Shown: in pieces, positions 1 through 13,881 of the stretch
How the letters are laid out: every line of letters starts with the position of its first letter
Numbering within the stretch: the first letter of the stretch is position 1
DNA from: the human T2T-CHM13v2.0 reference genome, Homo sapiens
Reading direction: 5' to 3' (one strand)
Assembly: GCF_009914755.1 (NCBI RefSeq)
Contig: NC_060929.1
Length of the DNA: 64,000 nucleotides
Program-made: the position numbers and the translations under genes
The notes under the pieces: model-generated
What the model was told of the DNA's origin: nothing
Databases searched by the model: none
What the model saw: only the letters and a program-made list of their open reading frames with translations

Positions 1-756
1 TGTAAACAACATATTACTTTGTTCATGTGCAGGCCCCCCCCGCTAAAGCTGAAACTGTCTCCCTAATAATACATAAAGAAATATTAATTAAAATAAGTAA
101 ATGCATAAATACATAGCTGAGTTAGAAAAAAAACAGGAAGTCCTTCCATGTCAGAAATGAACAGGGAGCTCCAAGCTTGCTCAGAGAACCCTTGCAATGG
201 GGCCCCGGGCTTGGGGTTAGGTCAGCCTCCATGAGAGACCTGTCCCCTGGCTTTGGGGCCGTCATGAGAATGGGCCTCGCAGACTCCAGATGAAGCATGG
301 GTGGGAGGTCTGGGGTTGCTGATGTTCTCAAAGACTCATGGCATATTTGTGTAGACACCAAGCTGCCCGGGGGCTGCCTCTGTTTGAGACCTGGGCCTCC
401 CCGGACAGCCCACACTGGCTGGAAGACTCTCTGAAGCTTAACCAAGCCTCCCTTGTGTCCCTTTCCCCAGCTTCTCCTGGCTCCTCCCCTCAGAGGACCC
501 TTCCGTCCTGGTTCCATGCTGGCCAGCCTGGCCGTGGTTCTCCTGACTTTTCCTCACACAGTGAGACACATGCTGGTGTCTGCTTCTTCAAGGGCCTGGA
601 AGAACAGTTTCTGCACCGTGTGAAATGAGATGGTTTCTCACTATGGAGATGCTTGAGGGACAAAAGAAGACCCCATCTGCTATCCTGGAAAAGCAAAAAG
701 GTAGCTGGTCATCTGCTGGAAGCTTAAAGAAAAATGTTTCAAAAAGATCCTGCATT

Positions 757-1217
757 CACTATTTACAATAGCAAAGACATGGAACCAACCCAAATGCCCA
801 TCAATGATAGAATGAATAAAGAAAATGTGGCACATATACACCATGGAATATTATGCAGCCATAAAAATAAATGAGATCATGTCCTTTGCGGTGACATGGA
901 TGAAGCTGGAAGCCAGAATTCTCAGCAAACTAACACAGGAACAGAAAACCAAACACTGCATGTTCTCATTCACAAGTGGGAGTTGAACAACGAGAACACA
1001 TGGACACAGAGAGGGGAACATCACACACCAGGGCCTGTTGGTGGCGTGGGGGGCAAGGGGAGGGAGAGCATTAGGACAAATACCTAATGCATGCAGGGCT
1101 TAAAACCTAGGTGAAGGGTTTATAGATGCAGCAAACCACCATGGCACATGTATACCTATGTAACGAACCTGCACGTTTTGCACATATATCTCAGAATTTA
1201 AAGTTAAAAAAAAAAAA
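757..1217 (+). mobile_element. L1 3' fragment (L1PA7/PA8-like), 5'-truncated, with poly(A) and TSD
   Basis: Primate L1 ORF2-end/3'UTR sequence (GCAAAGACATGGAACCAACCCAAATGCCCATCAATGATAG...GCAGCAAACCACCATGGCACATGTATACC) ending in an A tail. TSD AAAAAGATCCTGCATT (741-756) vs AAAAAGACCCTGCATT (1213-1228), 1 mismatch. Confidence 0.93.
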
Positions 1218-1554
1218 GACCCTGCATTTCAATCAAAGCTCCAGTGTGTGACTTGCAAGTAAGGTCCACATGCATATGACTGGGATCATACAAGAATTGC
1301 AAATTGATGAATTAAGACATAAAGTGTTCAGGGACTACAGACTTATCTATGCCCTGGCAAAAAGAAAAAATGAAAAAAAAAAAACACACACACACACAGA
1401 CTGAAACTCTGTAGGGCCATCCATCCAGCACACGGTTTTCTCATAGAAAACACACAAATAATGAATCATCGAGATCATGAATCACTGTGAGGAAAACTCA
1501 GAAGACACAGAAAATGAAAGCATGAGCCCCTAACAGAGAGAACAAGTGTCACTA

Positions 1555-1846
<292 letters not shown>

Positions 1847-1899
1847 AGTATCACTATTAAGGAGACTGTAGAGTATTGTGTTTCCATTACTTTAAGCTA

Positions 1900-3147
1900 C
1901 CAAAGAAGAGCTAGGAATCCATTTTAAGTGAGATACACTTGAAAGAAATAAGTTATAATTTCTAAAAATGAGAACAACTCTAGTCACTCTGAGGTAAAGT
2001 TCAATGGACGGATTTCACAGTGAACTGAATATGTGTGAGAGAGATTTCATGAATGACGTACTGTGTGGCCCAGAGAGGTAGGAAGAAGGGAGGCCCAGGG
2101 AGGTGAGAAAGAGATAATAGAGTTCCTGAAGAAAGCATAAAAGCCACAATGAGGAGCTCTAGAAGATGGAATGAATCCACTGTCCAAGGCTTCATGAAAG
2201 AGACAGAGCTTTACTGAGGAATCCCAGAGTTCAAGTGACAGGGGTAGAAACACATTGACGCTAATATTCTGGTGGAACTGAAGAATCCCAAAGACAAGTC
2301 TTAGAAGCATCCAGGGAAAAGAGGGGCCTCTAAGGAGAGTGTCAGTGAGATAATCAGATCGACCTCATTAACACTAAGAGGGCCGGAAAGAAAGGAATAT
2401 GATTGCCAATTACTGCCAGACGATAATCGTCCAGCAAGAATTCTGCACCCGGCAAGCAGTTATTAAAGGGTGAGGGTGGGGTAATGAGCAAAAAAAAATA
2501 TACTAAGATGAATTGACCTTCACTGAAAAACTCACCAAAGGATGCACTTGAGTAAGGAGAAAATTAACCCAAATAAAAGGACTAGATGTAAGAAGCAATA
2601 GTGAACAAAGAAAGTGGCGAAACTCTTGGTTAATCTGAGCACACTGTGACTGTAGGAACAATAGTAATCAAGATGAATAATTTGGGGGTTAAAAGGAGGT
2701 GGAAAAATATTGAAAATAATATGAAATTTGAGATGTCCTTAGAGAGTTGGAGTAAAGAGTAGAGATATTGATTAACTTTAGACTTTTGTAGGTCAAGTAT
2801 TCTTGTTGACATTTTAAGGGTAATCACCAAAAGAATATAAATAGAATACATAACTTACATAGAAACAGAGGAGAAAAAAGTAATAAAAAAGTAATCAATA
2901 CAATACAAGATTGAAAAGGAGAAATAAAAAGAGCAAAGAACCGGCATGAAAAATCGTGAACACAAAATAATACAGTGGAAATGAATCCAACCGTAATACT
3001 AATTATATATCAATTGTTCAAAAATAAAGAGTTCTCAGAGTGCATATTTTTAGAAATCCAGTCATGTAGTGTTTAAGAGAAACATGCACAAAATAAAAAT
3101 GACGTAGACAGATTGGAATAAAACAAATGGACAAAAGATATGCCGAA
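1900..3147 (+). mobile_element. Ancient L1M (ORF1/inter-ORF/ORF2 start), degraded
   Basis: A-rich strand with L1-like remnants, e.g. AGAATTCTGCACCCGGCAAG (ORF1 RILxP) and GAAATCCAGTCATGTAGTGTTTAAGAGAAACATG (endonuclease xxCxQETH region). Boundaries approximate. Confidence 0.6.
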
Positions 3148-3927
<780 letters not shown>

Positions 3928-3984
3928 AGGACTGATCCTAACCACGCTTCCCCTCCATCTCCAATGATCACAAAACAGTGCTTG

Positions 3985-4278
3985 ATGTTAGCATTGGTTG
4001 AATGGACTCTAAGACAAACATATTAAGATTAAGGAAATATTTCACCATGAAAAAGATAGGTATCATCTCATCAGGGGTATAAAAATCCTGAATCTGTACA
4101 CACACTTGTCAAGGTAGTGTCAAAGAGCACGATGAAGACATGGAGAGAATGGCAAAAGCAGCTTTTAAATCCACAATAGCCGTTGCAGGCTTTAGCAGGC
4201 TGCTCTCAGAGACTGATAGGTCAAGGAGATAATCTTGAGTAATGATCTGGAAGAGACGAGCAATATAATTAACAAGCG
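3985..4278 (+). mobile_element. Ancient L1M ORF2 endonuclease remnant (continuation after LTR33)
   Basis: AAAAATCCTGAATCTGTACACAC, AAATCCACAATAGCCGTTGCAGGCTTTAGC and CTCTCAGAGACTGATAG resemble the L1 EN motifs ILNIY, STIIVGDFN and LSxxD. Confidence 0.55.
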
Positions 4279-6231
4279 TCATCTTCCAGCCGAAGAGAAG
4301 CCGAGGCCTAGGCTGCAGGGGCCGTGGCGGGCAGCCGGGAGTGTCCTGCTGTTAAGTTCACAACTGAGAAAGCACCCACAGGCAGGAAACATACCCAGGG
4401 ACTTCCTCCAGAGACCGTTGGACCTGCACTGAACACACTCCCCCAAGTGAACCACAGCAGAGAGGAAGCCGAATCACCAACTTAGGTATTAAGGCAGCTC
4501 TTCCAAAATCCAGACTAGGAGTCCTCCCTGAGCATGTCAGGCTGGCCATGTCACAGACTCCTAGCTCGGGACAATGCTCAGTGTCATTCTAGCCTACCAG
4601 CAGGGTTCCTGACTTGTCAAGTGAACCCTGGTGAATGTCACAGAGGTCAAATGAAATGATGAAATTCAGACCAGGCCGGAAAGACTTCTCTGCACAAGCT
4701 TCCAAGGAAGCTGAAAGCTGTCGCTGTGGGCTTGGATGTCTCAAGGGCTTGAGATGCCTGACAACAGTCTCAGGGAAGCTGAGGAGCAGAGATGAGGGCA
4801 AGGATCTGGGAGACAGAGAAGCAGGGATGCAGGACGAAGCAAGACAGTACAGCCCTGCAGGCAAGAACCTTCCAGAAGGTGGAATGCTGTGGGCCACTGT
4901 GATCCTCACGTCCCTAGGGTCAGGCTGCCCACTTCCTGCACCCCTGCAGGCTCCAGGGCGAGAAGAGAGGCCATTGGCAGGCCCCTCCTCTTCTGCAGAC
5001 CCTTCTGAAGACTATGCCTTGAGGCCCAATTCTCATCTCCGCCTCGGCCCACACACATGGCTGAATACTCCTGATGCCGTCTCCAGCCGTGGCCTCTTCT
5101 CCGAGGTCACATGCTGGTGACCACCTCCTCTGAACATCACCGATATGCCTTCAGAACCTGCAACCCACGTCCTTCTTACTCTCTAACCAGCCTCTTTTAC
5201 ATTATTTTGAGGAAGAGCCGCCAACATGTGGCTGCTGAAAGGGAAACCCAGGCACTCTTGCTCTTTCACTCAACAGCCCGCACCTGCTGCAGAGGCAGAT
5301 GCTGTGGCCTCCTCCGCCTCCTCTTCTCTGTCCTCCTCTCCATGCTCTCACAAGCGAGCCTGGCTTCCAGCTCATCCACCTGCCTGAGTGGACCTTGACA
5401 CTCTTCTGCCCTCAGGTCCTCCCTTCCCAGGCCCCACCTCCACCCCGTCTGTCCCCTGATATAAGGGTCATCTAAACACAGGCACACCTGTCCCCAGTGT
5501 GGAAATTTGAATGGGACAAAATTCTGCACAACTGTTGGTCATGCTCACATCTTCAGGGGCGTGGGGAGTTTTGCTGTTGTTTTATTTGCTTTTTGGTTTT
5601 GTTTTGTGTTGCTCACGTTCTCACTTTTAGACATAGAATAAAATCCAAAGCTATCAGGGAGGCTGCCGTGTCAGTCCATGAGCCCTAAGTCAGTCCGGAC
5701 CCCTGCTGTCCAAAGCAATGCATGAGAAATTAAAACACACCGGGAAGCCCAGACACATTTAAATCCACTCCCAATCACCGGTGCTTTATTCTGGGAAGCA
5801 AAACAGACAAATGAAGAGCACAGCACTAAGACTAACACCAGGCTCTTCATTCATAGATGTACTCCCTGCTTGTAACAGAGGCATTAAAATCAGTGGGTCA
5901 GTGTCAGGATACATGTGCCGCTGCTGCGCTCTCCGTTACCGCATTTAGTTCCTGAATGTTTGTAATCGTCCCCAGGCAGTGCCAGGTCTTAGAAGAAGTG
6001 ACCTCAGAGGGAACAGAAGTTGGATAGAATATCTCAAGCTCATTTTGCAAGCATCAAATCTCTGAGCCTTTTCCAGACAATTCTTTCACCCTAATAGTCC
6101 CCCTTCCCTGTTAGAATTACGAGGCAAATATTTCAAGCATTTTAGAGAAACATTTTCAAGATAAGCACTTATAATTAAACAGTTATGATCGTAACAAATC
6201 ATTCCTAACTATTCTAACAATGCAGTAATAC

Positions 6232-6485
6232 ACAGGGGTGAGAATGTGCTTTTGGTGTCAGAGAATCTCAGCTCATGTCCCAATTCGCCAACAACTCATT
6301 GTGAAATCTGCACAGATCATATATTCTCTCTAAGTGCATAGTATTGTTTTGTCTTGTTTTGTTTTATTTACAATAGGGATAAAAGACATACCTATCTCTT
6401 GGTAGTTTCATGTGTATAAAGGGTTAATAATGTGAAATACTTAGTACAGTGCTGAAGTATTAGAGGGATTCAACAGGGAGCTACT
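6232..6485 (+). mobile_element. MIR SINE
   Basis: Degenerate MIR layout including ACAATAGGGATAAAAGACATACCTATCTC and AATAATGTGAAATACTTAGTACAGTGCT. Confidence 0.6.
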
Positions 6486-6984
6486 GTTCTTATGGGTTTA
6501 TTAATATTGTTCATTAAAGCAAGTTTTCTAAAATAATTCTGCTACTCAAACTCTCAATAATTATGACTGTTTCTCCATGAATAATGAAGGTGAAGACATT
6601 AGCTACTAGTCCATCAATCCCATGTAGTCCTGCTTTTATTAGAGAAATACATTTTTGTTGAATAATCATTTTACGAGGATGTGAAAAAAAAAGCCACAGT
6701 GAGAATTGGGTTTGATTTGTTTGTTTTCCTTTGCTTTTAGCATGAAGACATTTTCCACTTCTGTCTAACAATGTTTATTCAACCCTTTGAGCAGCCTGTC
6801 ATTGTTACACATGAACATACATTTCCCTTACTTTGAGCAGCCTAGAATGAGCAGTGCCATAAAAATACAAGAACCTAGGACACGCATGCTGAGAAACGAA
6901 TGTTGATGAACACATTAGGTAGTACATAATGCCAGAGCATAGGATGTCTCTGCTCCTAACTTTCCACTTCCTCAGTGCCTTTCA

Positions 6985-7290
6985 GCTCACTCATTCGCTC
7001 ACTCCCTCACTCTCATAGCATTATTAAGCACCTCCTATGCTTCGGATGCTAGGTTCAGAGATGGAGGTCTTACTGGTAGCACCAAACCCACCTACATGCA
7101 GTCAGTGTTGGAGAATGTGACGGGCAGTCAGAAACACAGAGGAAAGTATGAGGACTGTTGCCCAAAGTGTCCCAAGGCTCAAAGGAAGCTGGAAGGAAAA
7201 GATGTTTGAGATCCAGAGACACTGGGGATGGAAAGCCTGGGCGTGAGGTGAGGTACCCCCGTTGGGAGTGTTTTAGAGAATGAATATGTG
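6985..7290 (-). mobile_element. L2 3' end fragment
   Basis: CACTCATTCGCTCACTC...CATTATTAAGCACCTCCTATGC resembles the reverse-complement L2 tail. Confidence 0.5.
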
Positions 7291-7439
7291 AATGTACCCT
7301 GTCCCTCTTCTGCCGTGATTTCAGAGGCATTTACAAAAGGAAGTGAGGAAATGTAACAGACTCAAGCACCTTGATATCAATTCAGTTGAGCTCTGTGCAC
7401 CTGAGGCTCAGGCCTGGGGCTTTCTAAGCATCCTGCCCT

Positions 7440-9961
7440 AAAATCAGGAATGAGAGATGAAACATCACTACAGCTACCACAGACAGTAACAGAAAAATAA
7501 GGGCATGTTATAAACAGCTTCACGCCAATAAATTCAAAAACTTAGGTGAAGTGGACAAAGTTCTTAAATGACACAAACTACCAAATTTCACTGAGGAAGA
7601 AATAGTTGATGTGCATAGCTCTGTTTCTGTTGAAGACATTGAAGCCGTACTTTGAAACCTTCTCACAAAGAAATTTGCCAGCCCCAGTGGCTTTAGTGGT
7701 GAGTTCTATCAAACATTTAAAGACGTGATGGTACCAATTCTATAGAAACTCTTAAAAACTGGAAAATGAAGGAACATTTAACACCTCGTTCTATGAAACC
7801 AACATATAACAAAACCAGGCAGAGAATTTGCAAGAAAACTACAGATCATAAATATATTAACAGTGATAAAATTTCTTATAAAATTGTTAGTTAATCAAAC
7901 CCAGCAATTGAAAAAAGATAATATATTATGACCAAGGTTGATGCATTCCAGGAATGCAAAATTGGTTTAACATTTGAAAGCCAACCAATATATTTACCCA
8001 ATATGGCTAAAATAATTAAAAGTTACATGATCCTATGAATAGATACAGAAAGCATTTGGTAAAGTCTGACACTTATTCATGACAACAACTCTCAGACTAC
8101 TAGAAATAAAGAGAAAAAATCACAGAGGTTGGAAGGGAAGAAGAACCATCTCCAGCTTTAGTGACTTGATCATGTGTGTCAATAAATGTGAAGCAGTCTA
8201 CACAAAAAGCTACTGAAACTAAGAAAAGTTTACTGGGTGGAGGAGAGTATATCAAAACCTATTGTGTTTTTATATGCAATCTACAATTATTTAGAAATTA
8301 ATTTTAGTGCCTTTTACAATAGCATCAAAATACATGAAACATTCAATAATAAATTTAACAAAATACATTAAAAACATTAAAAGGAAAGTGCAATGGACCT
8401 ATTATATCCAACTCAATTTTGAGTAAAAAATAATGAAGGACATCGATATTACTTAAGATTTATATAAAGTTACAGTAATCAAGAAAGTGTGATATTACCA
8501 TAAAGAGAGACATGAAAATAATAGAACCTATTAGAGAACCCAGGAATAAACCTACATATAGGGAGTCAACTGAATTTCAACAAAGATGTCAAGGCAATTC
8601 AATGGAGAAACAAATCGTGCTGAAATAATTAGATATTTGTATGCAAAATTTAAAAAGCAAAGGAGATGTGTATCCTTACTTTACATCATATACAAAAATT
8701 AACTCAAATACTTCATAGACCTAAACATAAGAGCAAAAACTCTAAAACTTCTATAACATATTTGAGGAGAAAAGTCCTTGTGACCTTGGATTGGTCAGAG
8801 TTCTTAGATAGCATATCAAAAGTCTGAGCTATACCATTTCTAACATAAATACATAAATCGGACTTTTAAAATGTTTAAAATGTGCTGTTTCAAAGACGTT
8901 TTTAGGGAAAATGAAAAAGAAGCTTCAGACTGGGAAAAATAATTAAGTCATATATGTTATTTTAAAAAATCTTGTGTTTGCAAATAAAAAGTACTTTTAC
9001 AACTTGATAATGAGACATAGAACAAGACAACCCAATAAAAATATAACGGGAAGAACATTTGAAGAAATGTGAAACAAAAGAGATATATATGGTAAATAAG
9101 TGCAATGAATAACCAGTGATTAATGCTCAACCTCATTAATCACCAGTTTATTCAAAATGAAATTAGTTATTTTAAGATCTGATAATAATACTAAGCATTG
9201 AGTATTGAAGTTGTGGAGCCATTGAAACTTTCATGCATTGTTTGCGGGAAAGCAAAACAGGAGTACAGCCACCTTGAAAAACAGGTGGCATTTTCTCATA
9301 AAGTTAAACATACACTTAACATGAGTCAAACATCCCACTCCTAAGCAGTTGCCTAAGGAAAATGAAAACACGTCTGCACAAAGAACTGTAACCGAATATG
9401 CACAGCTGCTTTATTCTTAATAGATGAAAATTGGAAACAGCCCAATGTTCATCATCTGATGGGTGCAAAGTCGGAGGGTGGCCTAGGCACACAATGGAAT
9501 ACTGCTCAGCACTAAACGAGGCAGACCAAGGACGCAGCCACCATGGGCAGATGGATCCCTGAGCGTGGGATCACGTGAAAGTCACCAGGCAGAAGCTAGT
9601 GAGCTGCAGGAGTGGTTCCGTTCACCTAAAATTCTAGAAAAGGCAAATCTGAGTCACAGGGGCAGGTCAGTGATTGCCAGGGTTGGGGGACGGATGGACT
9701 AGCATGAGGGACGAGGTGCCTTTTCGGTTGGGGAAATGCCCTAAGTCTTTATCATGGTGGCTGTCACACGGTATACACATATGCATGTCACACGGTATAC
9801 GCATATGCATGTCACACGGTATACACATGTGCATGTCACACAGTATACACATATGCATGTCACATGGTATACATTCATCAAAATTCATCAGCTGTGCACT
9901 AAAGGAGGGTGAATTGGACTACATATAAACCTTACCTCAGTAAATATGTTATTTTAAAAAA
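7440..9961 (+). mobile_element. Ancient L1M (L1MC/MD/ME-type) ORF2 to 3'UTR
   Basis: ORF2-like segments (AAAATCAGGAATGAGAGATGAAACATCACTACAG; GCCCCAGTGGCTTTAGTGGTGAGTTCTATCAAACATTTAAAG; CATTCCAGGAATGCAAAATTGGTTTAACATT; AAAATTAACTCAAA) and an old-L1 3'UTR ending AAACCTTACCTCAGTAAA. No intact frame. Confidence 0.85.
9762..9873. repeat. 24-bp minisatellite, about 4.7 copies (TGTCACACGGTATACACATATGCA)
   Basis: Units start at 9762, 9786, 9810, 9834 and 9858, with 0-1 mismatch each. Confidence 0.95.
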
Positions 9962-11504
9962 TCACTGCAGTGGTCAAATGAAGAAGGAATTAGAAAGATG
10001 GCCCAGGGTAAAAAGGATACCAGAAATGAGGCTACTGTGGAATCCCAGGATGAACATGGTAGCAGCAATGAGTGGTGGGAGTGGGAGGGTGGAAGAGAAA
10101 GATGCTGGTAATGTGAACTCAAAGTCAGTTTTCTCTTTAAGAAATTGAATACTTTTGGGGAAAATTCCATTCCTAACAGAAATGTTTAATGGTGACGTAT
10201 GTTCCGTATTGAAAATATGATACATTGCATGCCAAACCAAAATGTCCCCAAAGTGCCCCTAACAATATCCTTTTGTTTTCCTCTAAGAGAAGTCACAACT
10301 TTTTTATGATGTGTTTCACCCCCTTGGCCCAATCTCTGCACAGGCAAACCTAGGCAGGACCCCTGAGCAGGAGCCCTGCTGTGTCCTGCCTCCGTCCTTC
10401 CTGCTAGAAGCCTCCCTAGGGGCCCAGCTTCACCTGAGCTTACAAAACATTCCCCCTCACCCAGCAGGAAGGCTTTCCAACCGCATCCCCTCCGAGAGGG
10501 GCAGGGGTCCCCTCTGTGCACTTTGCCTCCTGGGCAATTGTAGCTGCACATTAACCACTACATTCCAAGAGAAAATGAGACTCACTGAAATTTCAGATTG
10601 TTGAAAGTTCTTTGCCTTAAATGAAGTTAACCCTTCAACAGTCAGGATGTGCCTTTTTTATCTGCAGCCTCACTGGCTGTGAGTTCCATGGGAAGAGTAA
10701 AGAATGCTTATCAACTAACCCTCCAAAGAATGTATGGGCGTTTGGGTGGGAACTAAGAATCCACTCAGCTGCAGAGACTTCTCACATATGAATCCGTGTT
10801 CTTCCCAATATTTGGCTCTCATCCACTTAATTTTCAATACTCTAGACATTTTCCAATATACATTTGTGCACATGTCTCAATGATTTTTCTCTTTTTGCAA
10901 CACTAAGCATTGATTTTTCTTCTCTGTGATTAAGTTATTCCAGATAGTCAGTAGATTGTGGGGGGAGAAGACATTTTATTAGTTAATAATTTCCTTACCA
11001 AACTATTTGACTCATGGCTGAATCATACATTTTTATGGGCTACTAGGCCATTGAATCAAAGGCAGAAGATCTGAAGCACATTTTCTGCTTTCTGCCATAA
11101 TACTTTACCAACGAAGAAGCTTTGACCATTTCAAATATTTCAGTACCACTTTTTCTTATAAGCCTTCATTCAGCTGAAAATTCAGTGGACTATAAAATAT
11201 TCACATCAATTATCACCAAAATAACCTGGAAAGGAAAATATTAGCTAACATATTTATAGTAGCTTGAATATATTTTTGGCTGCAATGTGTATTGCCTGCT
11301 CTTAAATCGGAATATGACCACGCAAAAAAGAATTTAGCAATAAAACATCAAAGAAAATGTAATGAGAGTTTAGTGATGCAAAAAATTATCTCTTTTTCTT
11401 ATCCAGGTCCTTTACCTGAAGGAATAACCGAGAATCTCTGTCATACCCTGCTTTTCATAGGATAATAAAATCACAGCTGTCTTGCTTTTATTTATTCTTT
11501 CCCT

Positions 11505-11969
11505 GTGATGTTGCCATCCCCCAAATTCACTGTGTCCCTCCCAATATTTCTATGTTGATGTCCTCAACTCCACAAGTACAGAATAGGATTGTATTTCAAG
11601 ATAGAGTCTTTAAAGGGGTAATGAAGGTAAAGTGTATTTCAAGATAGAGTAAACTGGAGACTGTATTTCAAGATAGAGTCTTGAAAGAGGTAATTAAGGT
11701 AAAGGGAGGTCATATCAGTGGGCCCTATTTAACATGACTGTGTCCTAACAGGAAGAGGAGATGAGGACATGGACACACAGAGGAAAGACCGTGTGAGGAC
11801 ATGGGAAGGAGACAGCCGGCTACAAGCCACGGAGAGAGGCCTCAGGAGAATCCAAGCCTGCAGATGCCTTGACCTTGGACTTGCAGCATCCAAACTTGTG
11901 AGAATGTAACGCCTGTTTAAGCTCCTGGTCGGTGGTGTTGTGCCACGGCAGCCCCAGCAGACCGTCACA
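11505..11969 (+). mobile_element. MLT1A/MLT1A0-type MaLR solo LTR
   Basis: TGTATTTCAAGATAGAGTCTTTAAAG, GTGGGCCCTATTTAACATGACTG, GGAAGAGGAGATGAGGACATGGACACACAGAGG, GAGAGAGGCCTCAGGAGAA, CCTTGACCTTGGACTT; ends GCAGCCCCAGCAGACCGTCACA. Confidence 0.85.
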
Positions 11970-13807
11970 GGGCAATGGGTCTGGCCCTGGAGCCCCGGCC
12001 CCTCTGGGTAACAAAATGCAGCTCTGGAGTAGGAAGATGACGTGCTGGACTCTGAAGCCCGGTGGGCAGCCAAGCCCCTAGCAGGTTCTCATGCTTGTAT
12101 TGTTGTGACTCTGAGACATGGGGTCCTCTTGCCTAAAGCCAAACCAGTGCCTGAGGGCTGACTCCAGCCCATCAAACTGAAGCTGTAAATGGGTTCCAGC
12201 TCTGACGATGGCGACCTCAAGCCCTCTGGCCACAGGGTGAGCTGGCTTGCTCAAAAGCAGCTCCAGTCATGTTTGAGAATCCCAGGTTGTGAATGTGGGT
12301 CTGCCTTGTCCCTGTGCCCCTGCTGTGGCCGCTGTGTGCCAGCATGAAGACCCAAATCCGCTTCCAGGAACAGCCCCTTCACCACTGCCCAGAAAGAGCC
12401 TTGGTGGACTCCTGGGAAGCCGGTGCAACAAGGCAGCCTGGGGGTCCTCTGCCAGCCCTGTGTGACCTGGGCCAGCACCAGGCTCCCCTAGCGCCCGAGA
12501 TTCTCACAGGAAGGACCCTCTCCACTCCCTGCTTTCGGCTCCCTGTGTCCTGCCAACAGTCCTCCAGTTTCTCAGACACAATGGAGCCACAACCCACATT
12601 TAGAAGTTTAAAGAGATGTCTGCAGGCACTGTACAGTCACCCCTTCTCCCTTGAGGGGCCTCTGCTGATGCAGAGGGTCTCCACCTTCCAGGTCTGATTC
12701 TGACTGGCTGAGCTGTGTGCCTGCCCAGGCCGGTGTTGGGGATCTCCAGGCATCTAGGGTAGGAGAAGGAGAGCAGCTGTGCTGAGCTCAGAGGCTGGGG
12801 TGGAAGCTGGGCCGGGGGTGACCGCATCACTGGGGAGCAGGGAAGCTTGTGCACAGGGCAGAGGGGGGGCTGCCCCATTGTGTTCCCACCCAGTGGCCAC
12901 TCGTGCATGGCCTGGATGGCTCTCATGTGGCCACTGATCAACCCTCCTAAACAAGAGTTCTCAACTCCCTTGAGCGTGTGTCTATTGTCGTCTACCCCTT
13001 GATTTCTAAGCAGAACTGTGGTCCCCTTGTGGAAGTACGGGCTGGCTCGGCCAGCTTCATCAATGCTGCTTCATGCTCTAGAGGCCAAGCTAGCCACTAA
13101 GAGTGACCAGTGCAGAGTGGAAGCTGGAGGAGAAATCTCCCCGCTGGAGGGTGAGCAGAGAAAGCGTCTTTAGAGCCCTGGTCACAGAGGCTGCAGGACC
13201 GGCTCTCAGCCCAGCACGCGTGGGCGCTTGGGGACCCAAATCTTCTAAAAATGCTTGAGGGCAGGAACGATGGCTCCTCCTTCATTTTCCTCTCTGAATT
13301 TGATGCTATTTCTCCAAATATTACATGTTCCATTTGGTCTAGGTTTCTCCATCCTTTTACCCCAATCCTAACCCCCAGAAAATAGAGGAGGCTTCTAATA
13401 GGATAGGCGACTTCTTCACCACCCTCTGCCCACGGACTTCAAGGCAGTCCAAGATCCAAACCCAAGGCAATGGAATGTGGCCATTCTCACTGCATGTGTC
13501 ATGTAACCTTTGTATGAGACACAGCTGTTTCAAGTGTTATCATGTATCTGTACAAATTATACAAGATGGGTAGCTCGACAACATAGATGAAAGTGAAACA
13601 AATAGACTTCAAGCTCGCTTTAAGCTCTTTCGGAAACTCTATGTGGCAATTATCATAATAACGCTTAGCATCTTCAAAGCTACTTCAAAACAGTAGCGAA
13701 TTAATCTCCACCACAGTGAAGTGAGGTAGGTGCACGGGTGCGCTATTATCACCTGTGATTTGCCTACAGGAAAACTAAGGAAAAGTGGTTATATGAATGC
13801 CCTGGAC

Positions 13808-13881
13808 ACCACACATACGCACATGCATGCACACACACACGCATGCACACACACACGCACACACACATGCACACACACACA
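13808..13881. repeat. Imperfect (CA)n microsatellite
   Basis: CACACATACGCACATGCATGCACACACACACG...CACACACA. Confidence 0.9.

Noticed and set aside
9762-9873. 24-bp repeats as a CRISPR-like array
   Set aside because: The units are contiguous with no unique spacers, in a human L1 context; this is a minisatellite.
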